DNA of 64,000 nucleotides, taken from contig CAVXGR010000011.1 in assembly GCA_963761335.1 (NCBI GenBank), forward strand, positions 160,001-224,000, read 5' to 3'. Under the pieces are notes generated by a model. It was not told the origin of the DNA. It was given only the letters and a program-made list of their open reading frames with translations, and did no database searches. The translations under genes were made by a program, and so were the position numbers. Source of the DNA: an uncultured delta proteobacterium. GTDB taxonomy: Bacteria; Desulfobacterota; Binatia; HRBIN30; BPIQ01. Of this stretch, positions 8,986 through 16,423 are shown in pieces (the stretch's first letter is position 1; each line of letters starts with the position of its first letter).

Positions 8986-9145
8986 CCGCGTCCGACGCCT
9001 CGAACGGGCCGGCGACGAGCGCCTAGACGCACAGATCGAAGCCGCGAGGCGCCGCCTTGGGGAGAAGACCTTCGAGGCGACCTTGCGCGACGTTGAAGCC
9101 GAGCTGCAACAGGAAGAAGCACGCCACCACATGAATACGGAATAA
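8972..9145 (+). CDS. Small hypothetical helical protein (57 aa, below the ORF-track cutoff)
   Basis: MGLADRVRRLERAGDERLDAQIEAARRRLGEKTFEATLRDVEAELQQEEARHHMNTE; GAGG RBS; overlaps the upstream gene. Confidence 0.6.
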   Translation: MGLADRVRRLERAGDERLDAQIEAARRRLGEKTFEATLRDVEAELQQEEARHHMNTE

Positions 9146-9193
9146 TAATTCTTCAGAATTACTGTTGCCAAGGCGCGTTTTGTGCCTTATATT
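9146..9193 (+). promoter_or_regulatory. AT-rich palindrome (candidate res site) plus sigma70 promoter of the resolvase
   Basis: TAATTCT-TC-AGAATTA at 9146-9161; TTGCCA-17 bp-TATATT at 9165-9193. Confidence 0.5.
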
Positions 9194-9219
9194 CCAGGCG
9201 AAAGGCGGAAGATAACGCG

Positions 9220-9921
9220 ATGGCAAACACAGCAAAAGCAGTCAGCTACCTTCGAGTTTCCGGCAAGGGTCAAGTCGACGGCGATGGGTTCCCGCGGCAG
9301 CGAGAAACAATCGAGCGCTACGCGAGCGCGGCAGGCTTCGAGCTGGTCGGGGAGTATCGCGACGAGGGCGTGAGCGGCACCAAGGACCTCGACGATCGCG
9401 AAGGGCTCTCCGATCTGCTCGCGCGGATTCGCTCCAACGGCGTGCGCATCGTCATCGTTGAGCGCGCCGACCGGCTGGCCCGTGATCTGATAGTCGGCGA
9501 GCTGATCTTGAATCAGCTGCGCGAGCTGGGCGTCAAGGTCATTGCCGCAGACTCGGGCACGGAGTTGACGGCCGGCGATGATGACCCGACCCGGACCCTG
9601 ATCCGCCAGGTTCTCGGCGCCGTGGCTCAGTTTGAAAAGGCCGTGATCGTGTCGAAGCTGAAGGCCGCACGCGTTCGCAAACGTCGCGCCGAAGGCCGTT
9701 GCGAGGGCCGCAAGCCATTCGGTACCCGCCCGGGTGAGGCCGAAGTCGTGGCACTGATTCACAAGTTGCGCCGGAAACCCCGCGGCGGGGAGCGGCTGAG
9801 CTTCGCTGCTATCGCGCAGCGGCTAAACGCGGAACGGCGGCCGACGCGTACCGGCAAGCCGTGGGCTCCAGAAACGGTGCGGCAGATTGCCATGCGAAAG
9901 TCAGCCGTGAAGCGCGGATAA
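9220..9921 (+). CDS. Serine recombinase (resolvase family) with C-terminal DNA-binding domain
   Basis: YLRVS (catalytic Ser), DEGVSG, DRLARD, G+K motif GRKPFG, and IAQRLNAE...W. Confidence 0.92.
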   Translation: MANTAKAVSYLRVSGKGQVDGDGFPRQRETIERYASAAGFELVGEYRDEGVSGTKDLDDREGLSDLLARIRSNGVRIVIVERADRLARDLIVGELILNQLRELGVKVIAADSGTELTAGDDDPTRTLIRQVLGAVAQFEKAVIVSKLKAARVRKRRAEGRCEGRKPFGTRPGEAEVVALIHKLRRKPRGGERLSFAAIAQRLNAERRPTRTGKPWAPETVRQIAMRKSAVKRG

Positions 9922-9962
9922 ACGGCTGAGAACCGCGCCGCGGAGGCAGGCCGATGAAGCGG

Positions 9963-10454
9963 TCAGGGCCCGTACATGGTCACGATACCCACCGCGGCTA
10001 TGTCGGAGACCTTGGTGTCGTCGAGTGCGTGCTCCGCCTTCCCGGTGAGGTGCTTCTTGCTCGTCGCGCTGTCGATGAAGTCGACCAGCTTCACGGCGAG
10101 CGGCCGGAGGTCGTCGACGGTCCGGAGCTTCCTGCCGATGGACGGCTTGAGCCTGCCGGAGTTCCACACGGCCGTCAGGAAGTCCGCCGCAGTGGCGAGC
10201 TTGTCGGGAGGCGTTCCACTACGCCATTCTCGCACCGTCGCCTTCTGGAGAGTCCCGCCGTCGTACCAGGCCGCGGGGCTGGGCGAGTCGTTCCAGTGGA
10301 GGGCGATGAAGGCAGCAGCGATGATGACGAGCAGCACGAGGCAGCCCTGGGCCGCCTCTTTCGGCTTCCCTCCGCGCTCGATATCGCGCCGCGTCTTCGC
10401 GCGCAGCTCTTCTTCCTCCACGATCTTGGCGCGTTCCTCGTCGGTGAGGGCCAT
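9963..10454 (-). CDS. Single-TM membrane-anchored hypothetical cargo protein
   Basis: MALTDEERAKIVEEE..., a TM segment GCLVLLVIIAAAFIAL, then a WYDGGTLQKAT...WR...KLATAADF domain; high GC3. Confidence 0.65.
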   Translation of the reverse strand: MALTDEERAKIVEEEELRAKTRRDIERGGKPKEAAQGCLVLLVIIAAAFIALHWNDSPSPAAWYDGGTLQKATVREWRSGTPPDKLATAADFLTAVWNSGRLKPSIGRKLRTVDDLRPLAVKLVDFIDSATSKKHLTGKAEHALDDTKVSDIAAVGIVTMYGP

Positions 10455-10651
10455 AGGATGCACCTTTGCAGGCTTTCTGGGGAATTTGTCAAACGTCAAA
10501 GGTCGCCGCGAGTTCACGCTAGCGGCGGCTCCATGCTACAGCGCGAAATGACGGGGAAGAGGCCGAGGATCGCGAGCCGAAGAGCCGGAACCGTCCCGGT
10601 CTGCCGCGGTGTTGTTATAACCTCGACGGAGCACCAAGACGGAGGTGCACA

Positions 10652-11020
10652 GTGACTCGCAAATCTCGTCCGCCCGGGAGGCCGAAGAGCAAACGGCCGC
10701 CGAAGGCCAAGCAAAAGCCCCCGCGCACTGCCGTCCTCGAACCGATTCGCGATGTTTTGCCTCCGTGGACGGACCACCTCAGGCCTGTCTATGCCGAGAA
10801 GCGCGTGCCGCTGCGTATGAACAAGATTCACAAGGAACAGTGTCGCGCGAGCGTCGAGGCCTGGTTGGCGCAAGACCCGGCACTGACAATCGAAGAAGCC
10901 GTGAGGCGGTTGCACGCTACGGGTTTCAACTACAGCGCCGGACAGATGCGCCGGTGGATCAAAGACAAATGCTTCGACCACAGGCCGGGGCGTCGCCCCA
11001 GGTGTCGCAAAATAAACTAG
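10652..11020 (+). CDS. Basic hypothetical protein, possibly DNA-binding
   Basis: GGAGG RBS before GTG; Arg/Lys-rich; HTH-like TIEEAVRRL...YSAGQMRRWI. Confidence 0.5.
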   Translation: MTRKSRPPGRPKSKRPPKAKQKPPRTAVLEPIRDVLPPWTDHLRPVYAEKRVPLRMNKIHKEQCRASVEAWLAQDPALTIEEAVRRLHATGFNYSAGQMRRWIKDKCFDHRPGRRPRCRKIN

Positions 11021-11080
11021 CGCCCACACGACCGAGGCGCTAATTTTTCTTCGCGCTGCGTCGTGCCAGATTCTCGGGGC

Positions 11081-11356
11081 ATGACGACTGAACTGCTCAC
11101 TGAAACCGAAGCGGCGCGGGTGCTCAGGCTCGCGGTCACGACACTGAGACGCTGGCGCTATTCAGGCCGGGGCCCCGTATGGCACAAGATCGGCCACCTC
11201 GTTCGGTACGACGCCGCGGAGCTGCGCGAGTACATTGCGCACAATACGCGGCGCAGTACGCGCGGCTGTGGGGTGGCGGATGCAGGCTGCGGGGCGCACC
11301 AGCTGAACGCGCAACGTCAGCGGCGTGATGGTGACGATGACCCGCGCAGCCGCTGA
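11081..11356 (+). CDS. AlpA/excisionase-family HTH regulator
   Basis: LLTETEAARVLRLAVTTLRRWRYSGRGPVWHKIGHLVRY. Confidence 0.85.
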   Translation: MTTELLTETEAARVLRLAVTTLRRWRYSGRGPVWHKIGHLVRYDAAELREYIAHNTRRSTRGCGVADAGCGAHQLNAQRQRRDGDDDPRSR

Positions 11357-13841
11357 GCCGGAGGCGGCGCCCGTTCCGGCAGCGGAGATTGCCGGGGCCG
11401 GCTTGGCGCCACGACATGGAGCGCTGATCCGTGACTCGGGCATCACCACGGAGGTGGCTATGGCGCGCGACTATCGTACCGTCACGACGCGTGCCGAGTT
11501 GCTCCGGCTCGGGTTCTCTGACGCACAAGCGCGGGTGCCGGCTCTCCTGATTCCCGTGTGGAGTGTGCACGGCGACGTCGGACTCTATCAACTACGACCC
11601 GACCACCCACGAATCTTGAGCGGCAAGCCGCTCAAGTACGAAACCCCGAAGGGCGCCCGAATGATGCTCGACGCGCCACCCGCGGCGCGAGGGGCACTTG
11701 CTGATCCGGCAGTGCCGTTGTTCGTGACCGAGGGCGTGCGCAAAGCCGATGCGGCGGTGAGCGCGGGGCTGTGTTGCGTCGCGCTACTCGGCGTCTGGAA
11801 TTTCCGCGGAACAAACGCGCGCGGCGGTAAGGTCGCACTGCCGGACTGGGAGAGCATCGCTTTGAATGGGCGTACGGTTTTCATCGTGTTCGATAGCGAC
11901 GTGATGGAGAAGCGTGCAGTTCACGCGGCGTTGGTGCGCCTCAAGGCATTTCTCGAGTCGCGCGGCGGCGTGGTCCGCGTGATCTACTTGCCGCCGGGGT
12001 CCGAAGGCTCAAAAGTCGGACTCGACGACTTCCTTGCGGCTGGCGGCGCCGTTCGGGAGTTGCTCGACCTCGCAACGGACAAGGTGCGCAACCTGCGCCC
12101 GGACGAGCCACCGACCGACGGCGCGGTCAAGTACCCGTTCCGCCTGACGCCTGAAGCTGTCGAGTACGCGGCGGAGAGCAACGACGGGGCAACTGAGTGG
12201 GTGCGCATCTGCTCTCGTCTCGAAGTGATCGCGCTAGCCCGTGGCACCGAGGGCCGCGAGTGGGGCCGGGTACTGCGCATTCTGGACCCGGACGGCGCGG
12301 AGCACGAATGGGGCATGCCTGCATCGATGCTCGCGGGAGATGGCAGCGATTACCGACGCGAGCTGCTGAGCTTTGGGCTGCGGATCGCGCCCGGACAACG
12401 CGCACGAAGCCGGTTGCACGAGTACATTTCCGACACGCTGCCACTAGCGCGAGCGCGCTGTGTCTCGCGCATTGGCTGGCACACGACTGCAAAAGGCGAC
12501 GTCTACGTGCTGCCGGATACGACATACGGCGCGGCCGGCGAGCGCGTCCTCTTGCAGACCGTGAGCGCAGTAGAACACGCGATCCGTGCCAGCGGTACGC
12601 TGGCAGGCTGGCAAAAGGACATTGCGGGGCGGTGCGCCGGGAACTCGCGCCTTGTATTCTCGTTGTCGTGCGCCTTCGCCGCCCCATTGCTGTACCTCGC
12701 ATCGGAAGAGGGTGGCGGGTTCCATCTTCGTGGTCCATCGAGCATCGGCAAGACGACCGCGCTGCGGGTGGCGGCGAGCGCCTCGGGAGGTGGCGGTGTG
12801 GGCGGGTATCTGCGCACGTGGCGCGCAACGTCCAACGGGCTCGAAGGGGTCGCGGAGATGCACTGCGACGCGCTGCTCTGTCTCGATGAGATGAGTCAGG
12901 TCAACGCGCGCGAGGCGGGCGAAGTAGCGTACATGCTCGCGAACGGAAGCGGAAAATCTCGAGCCGCGCGCGATGGGTCCGCTCGGAAGGCAGCGCAATG
13001 GCGCCTTCTATTCGTCAGCACAGGCGAGCTCTCCCTAGCAGAGAAGATGAATGAGGCGGGACAGCGAGCGCGTGCCGGACAGGAAACGCGGCTCGTCGAC
13101 ATCCCGGCCGACGCCGGCACCGGACTCGGGCTCTTCGAAGAGCTGCACGGCTTCGCGAGCCCTGAGGCGTTCGCGCGCGAGCTGTGCAACGCGTCAACGC
13201 GGCTCTACGGCGTGGCGGTGCGTGAGTATCTGATGAGACTCACTGCTGACCTAACTGGGCTCGCAGACCAGCTAGCCAGCGCACGCAAGCGATGGATCCA
13301 CAAGCATTGCCCGAGCAAGACTGATGGGCAAGTGCAGCGCGTCGCAGCGCGGTTCGCGCTCGTTGCAGCGGGCGGCGAGCTGGCGAGCACGATGGGTCTC
13401 TTGCCGTGGCGCGAGCACGAGGCATCGGACGGCGCGGCCCGCTGTTTCGAGGCGTGGCTCGACACGCGCGGCAGCACCGGAGCGGCCGAGATCACCGCGG
13501 GGCTTGCCCAAGTGCGACACTTCTTCGCTTTGCACGGCGAGAGCCGGTTCTCGCGCCTTGGTGACGACAATGGCGACCGGCCGACAGTCAACCGCGCGGG
13601 TTTCAGGCGCAACGACGCTACGGGCGGAACCGAATTCTTCGTGTTGCCCACAGCCTGGCGCGACGAAATCTGCCGGGCCTTCGACGCTCACATGCTGGCG
13701 CGCGAGCTGATCGAACGCGGCGTACTGATTCCGGACCGGACGGACGGGAAGGCGCAGAGCCGGCAGCGGCTACCGGGGGCCGGTGTGCAGCGCGTCTACC
13801 ACCTGACCGCGGCCGTGCTCGATGGGGGCGAGGATGCGTGA
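11328..13841 (+). CDS. Primase-helicase (DUF3854/TOPRIM plus DUF927/SF3-like helicase)
   Basis: KYETP, TEGVRKAD, FDSD and GLDD (TOPRIM); Walker A GPSSIGKTT, Walker B LCLDE, and WRATSNGLEG. Confidence 0.88.
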   Translation: MVTMTRAAAEPEAAPVPAAEIAGAGLAPRHGALIRDSGITTEVAMARDYRTVTTRAELLRLGFSDAQARVPALLIPVWSVHGDVGLYQLRPDHPRILSGKPLKYETPKGARMMLDAPPAARGALADPAVPLFVTEGVRKADAAVSAGLCCVALLGVWNFRGTNARGGKVALPDWESIALNGRTVFIVFDSDVMEKRAVHAALVRLKAFLESRGGVVRVIYLPPGSEGSKVGLDDFLAAGGAVRELLDLATDKVRNLRPDEPPTDGAVKYPFRLTPEAVEYAAESNDGATEWVRICSRLEVIALARGTEGREWGRVLRILDPDGAEHEWGMPASMLAGDGSDYRRELLSFGLRIAPGQRARSRLHEYISDTLPLARARCVSRIGWHTTAKGDVYVLPDTTYGAAGERVLLQTVSAVEHAIRASGTLAGWQKDIAGRCAGNSRLVFSLSCAFAAPLLYLASEEGGGFHLRGPSSIGKTTALRVAASASGGGGVGGYLRTWRATSNGLEGVAEMHCDALLCLDEMSQVNAREAGEVAYMLANGSGKSRAARDGSARKAAQWRLLFVSTGELSLAEKMNEAGQRARAGQETRLVDIPADAGTGLGLFEELHGFASPEAFARELCNASTRLYGVAVREYLMRLTADLTGLADQLASARKRWIHKHCPSKTDGQVQRVAARFALVAAGGELASTMGLLPWREHEASDGAARCFEAWLDTRGSTGAAEITAGLAQVRHFFALHGESRFSRLGDDNGDRPTVNRAGFRRNDATGGTEFFVLPTAWRDEICRAFDAHMLARELIERGVLIPDRTDGKAQSRQRLPGAGVQRVYHLTAAVLDGGEDA

Positions 13842-14478
13842 CCTTTTCGCGCGGTGGGCAACAAGGGCAACCGGGGCAACAGAGCCGGAAAGCACCTCGA
13901 ACCACGGCGACTTTCCCGGCCCGAGCGATGTTGCCCAACCTGCGTCCGTGGGGGCAACAAGGGCAACACCTACTCCGGCGGCGGGTGAACCTGTTGCCCA
14001 TGTTGCCCACGAGGGCGGATCGAGGGCAACAAGGGGCGAGCCCGAAAAAGCCGGACAGGACAAGGACTCTTCGCGGCGGATTGCCCATGTTGCCCATGTT
14101 GCCCACGAAGACGGGAAGGCGGAGCGTTACGCTCTGGCCGACTGTCTCGCGCTGATCCGCGAGGCCTTTGAATCCGTAAGAGCGGACTACGTTAGCGGCG
14201 CCTTGGCGCTGCTCGATACTGACCCGGCTCTATGCCAGCAATTCCGCCAGGCCGAGACGGCGGTTGACGCGGTGGTCAAGGTGGGGCCGACCGAGCGCGA
14301 GTTGCGGGCCGCGCTGGCGGCGCACGTGGCAGTGATCCGCGAGTGCATCGACCGCAGACGCGCGCAGATGGAAGCCGCTGCGGACTGCCACCATGCAACC
14401 GACTCGGAGCTGAGAGCGTGGCGGAGGGGGAATCCGGCGCTAGAATGCGCCCGCTGCTGGCTCGAACGCGGGCGATGA
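13834..14478 (+). CDS. Hypothetical protein overlapping the putative origin
   Basis: Overlaps the primase stop; N-terminus encoded by the iteron array; helical C-terminus with a CH...CARC tail. Confidence 0.5.
   Translation: MRDLFARWATRATGATEPESTSNHGDFPGPSDVAQPASVGATRATPTPAAGEPVAHVAHEGGSRATRGEPEKAGQDKDSSRRIAHVAHVAHEDGKAERYALADCLALIREAFESVRADYVSGALALLDTDPALCQQFRQAETAVDAVVKVGPTERELRAALAAHVAVIRECIDRRRAQMEAAADCHHATDSELRAWRRGNPALECARCWLERGR
13856..14104. repeat. Iteron-like array, putative replication origin
   Basis: Twelve GGGCAAC/GTTGCCC heptamers (6 forward, 6 reverse, one with a mismatch), many spaced 9 bp apart, directly after the primase-helicase. Confidence 0.75.
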
Positions 14479-14498
14479 GCGCAAGCTGAAGGTACTTG

Positions 14499-14756
14499 AT
14501 GGGGCCCTTTCTGACCATCGCCGAAGCCGCCGCGCTGGCGCGGGTGTCACCGAAGCGGCTGCGGACTCTCATGCAAGCCGGTGTTCTTCGTGAGGGTGTG
14601 CACTACTCACGGCCGCGGGGGCTCCGACCGCGATTCAGCCGCGATGCGGTGCTTGCGTGGCTTGGTGGCATCGAGGTACACGAAGGAGCGAACGAGCCGT
14701 CATCGTCGCATCGAGGACGGTGCCGGGTGAATCTAGGGGCGATCCGAAGCGCATGA
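14499..14756 (+). CDS. Excisionase-type HTH protein
   Basis: FLTIAEAAALARVSPKRLRTLM...GVHYSRP...PRF; ATGA-coupled to the integrase. Confidence 0.82.
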   Translation: MGPFLTIAEAAALARVSPKRLRTLMQAGVLREGVHYSRPRGLRPRFSRDAVLAWLGGIEVHEGANEPSSSHRGRCRVNLGAIRSA

Positions 14757-16069
14757 GCTGCCACGTCGTCTGCAACCGGCACGGACGTTTGGCGTTGCGC
14801 CTCAACTGGCAAGGCCGGCGCTCATGGGAAGGTACCGGCTTGATGGACACGCCGGAGAACCGTCGGCGCGTCGAGGTGCTCGCGCAGCTGGTAACCGCGG
14901 AGATGCGCGCCGGTGTCTTCGACGCGCGCCGTTATCTGCACTATTTTCCGGGCGGGACGCGAGCGACCGAGTTGCGCGTGCCGGCCGGAACGACTGCATT
15001 TCCGGGCACCGAGGATGGTTCGACGGCACCGACCGTGCGGGAGCATTTCAGCGACTGGATTGCGCGGCAGGTGCCGCCCGTCGTGCGACTGGCACAGCAA
15101 CGCGACTTGCGGCGGCACCTTGAAACTTACGTGCTCTTCGCAATTCTGCGGGACGGGCGCGCGGTGGGGGATCTGCCGTTGACCGAGGTGCGTGCCAGCG
15201 CATGGTTCCAGCTTCGAGACCGCCTGCGGGCGCTGGATCTGGCCGACAAGACCGTTCGCAATGTCCTGGGCTCGTTCCGATCGCTGATGCGGGACGCACG
15301 CGAGCGGTTCGATGAGGTGACGGCAGAGCCGCCGCGGATGAAGTGGCCACGGCGTCCGGCGAAGCGACCGGACCCCTTCACGTCAGAAGAACGACAGCGA
15401 ATCGTCGCATGGTTCCGCGCCAGGAAGCCGCACTATCACGCCTTCGTGCTCACCCTTTTTCACACCGGCATGCGACCTTCTGAAGCCACGGCACTGCGGT
15501 GGGGCGACGTTGAGCTGAGCCGCGGGAGCATTGCAGTGACACGGTCGCGTTATCAGGGCGCAGAGAACGCGCCGAAGACGTCTGGAAGCGAGCGCACGAT
15601 TCGTATCCTGCCACTGGTCCGAGACACCTTGCGCAACGCGATGCCGCTACACGCGCGGGCTGATGACTACGTGTTCGTCAACGAGGTGACGGCAGGACCG
15701 ATTCATCAGGGCGAGTGGGCGCGGGAGTTTTGGCATCGTCCATTGCGAGCGCTGAGCATCCGGCCGCGGAAGTTCTACGCGACACGCCACACGTTCATCA
15801 GCGTGGCGCTGACCGCCGGGGTGAACGTGAAGTTCCTGGCGGAGCAGTGCGGAACGTCGGTAGCGATGATTGAGCGCCATTACGGCCGCTACTTGGCAGG
15901 GGATGCGGAAGCGCAGCTACGTCTTCTCGAAGCCGCGGACGAAGCGTCTGCGGAGGTGCGGGAGGGGGCGAAAGTGGTGACCCTGGGAGGTGGGTCACCA
16001 ATTCACGCCCCTAACTACCCGGAAAAGAGAATGGTCCCAAGGGGAATCGAACCCCTGCTACCGACGTGA
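14753..16069 (+). CDS. Tyrosine integrase with N-terminal arm-binding domain
   Basis: TGMRPSE (R), PKT (K), YATRHTF (xxR), IERHYG (Y); N-terminal GRLALRLNWQG...TGL.DTPENR arm domain; the ORF runs through att into the tRNA antisense. Confidence 0.93.
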   Translation: MSCHVVCNRHGRLALRLNWQGRRSWEGTGLMDTPENRRRVEVLAQLVTAEMRAGVFDARRYLHYFPGGTRATELRVPAGTTAFPGTEDGSTAPTVREHFSDWIARQVPPVVRLAQQRDLRRHLETYVLFAILRDGRAVGDLPLTEVRASAWFQLRDRLRALDLADKTVRNVLGSFRSLMRDARERFDEVTAEPPRMKWPRRPAKRPDPFTSEERQRIVAWFRARKPHYHAFVLTLFHTGMRPSEATALRWGDVELSRGSIAVTRSRYQGAENAPKTSGSERTIRILPLVRDTLRNAMPLHARADDYVFVNEVTAGPIHQGEWAREFWHRPLRALSIRPRKFYATRHTFISVALTAGVNVKFLAEQCGTSVAMIERHYGRYLAGDAEAQLRLLEAADEASAEVREGAKVVTLGGGSPIHAPNYPEKRMVPRGIEPLLPT

Positions 16070-16103
16070 GAGGCCGGTGTCCTAGCCGCTAGACGATGGG
16101 ACC
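16032..16103 (-). tRNA. tRNA-Glu (anticodon CTC)
   Basis: GGTCCCA/TGGGACC acceptor stem, CCGGC-CTCTCAC-GTCGG anticodon arm, GGTTCGATTCC T arm; CCA not encoded. Confidence 0.95.
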
Positions 16104-16120
16104 GTTGGGTGGACTTTGAA

Positions 16121-16161
16121 GAACGGTCTGCGGTGGGCGATCGCTCACCGCAGAACCGTTC
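16121..16161. repeat. Long hairpin in the tRNA spacer
   Basis: GAACGGTCTGCGGTGGGCGA / TCGCTCACCGCAGAACCGTTC near-perfect palindrome. Confidence 0.65.
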
Positions 16162-16168
16162 GTTCAGA

Positions 16169-16244
16169 TGGCTGAGGAGGAAGGACTCGAACCTTCAATC
16201 GCCTGATCCAGAGTCAGGTGGCTTGCCAATTAGCCCACTCCTCA
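16169..16244 (-). tRNA. tRNA-Gln (anticodon CTG)
   Basis: TGAGGAG/CTCCTCA acceptor stem, CCTGA-CTCTGGA-TCAGG anticodon arm, GGTTCGAGTCC T arm, encoded CCA. Confidence 0.95.
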
Positions 16245-16262
16245 CCGCGCTGAACGGGGGGA

Positions 16263-16291
16263 ACAATACGGGCGGTCAGTGAGCCTGTCAA
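16263..16291 (-). promoter_or_regulatory. Sigma70 promoter of the tRNA-Gln/tRNA-Glu operon
   Basis: TTGACA-17 bp-TATTGT. Confidence 0.75.
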
Positions 16292-16361
16292 GGCAGTGCC
16301 ACGGGCGTGGAACAGATCTGCGGACCATGCAAGCACGCCTCCGGCCAATCCAATCCGCTCC

Positions 16362-16423
16362 GCTGCGAAACTCACAACTGGCCTTGGTTGTCGCGCCGAC
16401 AACTGGCATGTAGGATTCGCAAC
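16362..16423. promoter_or_regulatory. Three putative NorR operator sites upstream of norR
   Basis: GCTGC-N7-ACAAC (16362), GTTGT-N7-ACAAC (16387), CATGT-N7-GCAAC (16407). Confidence 0.6.

Larger units (their letters stand above)
8394..16053. mobile_element. Integrated phage-satellite-like element (7632-bp excisable unit) in tRNA-Glu(CTC)
   Basis: 28-bp direct repeats AGAGAATGGTCCCAAGGGGAATCGAACC at 8394-8421 and 16026-16053. Contains integrase, xis, primase-helicase and resolvase; no capsid or tail genes. Confidence 0.93.

Noticed and set aside
8394..16053. Complete prophage or ICE
   Set aside because: Only 7.6 kb, with no capsid, portal, large terminase, tail, lysis, relaxase or T4SS genes.
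16286..16302. Sigma54 promoter TGGCACTGCCTTGA before the tRNAs
   Set aside because: The spacing is one base short of GG-N10-GC, and the TTGACA is better explained as the sigma70 -35 box.
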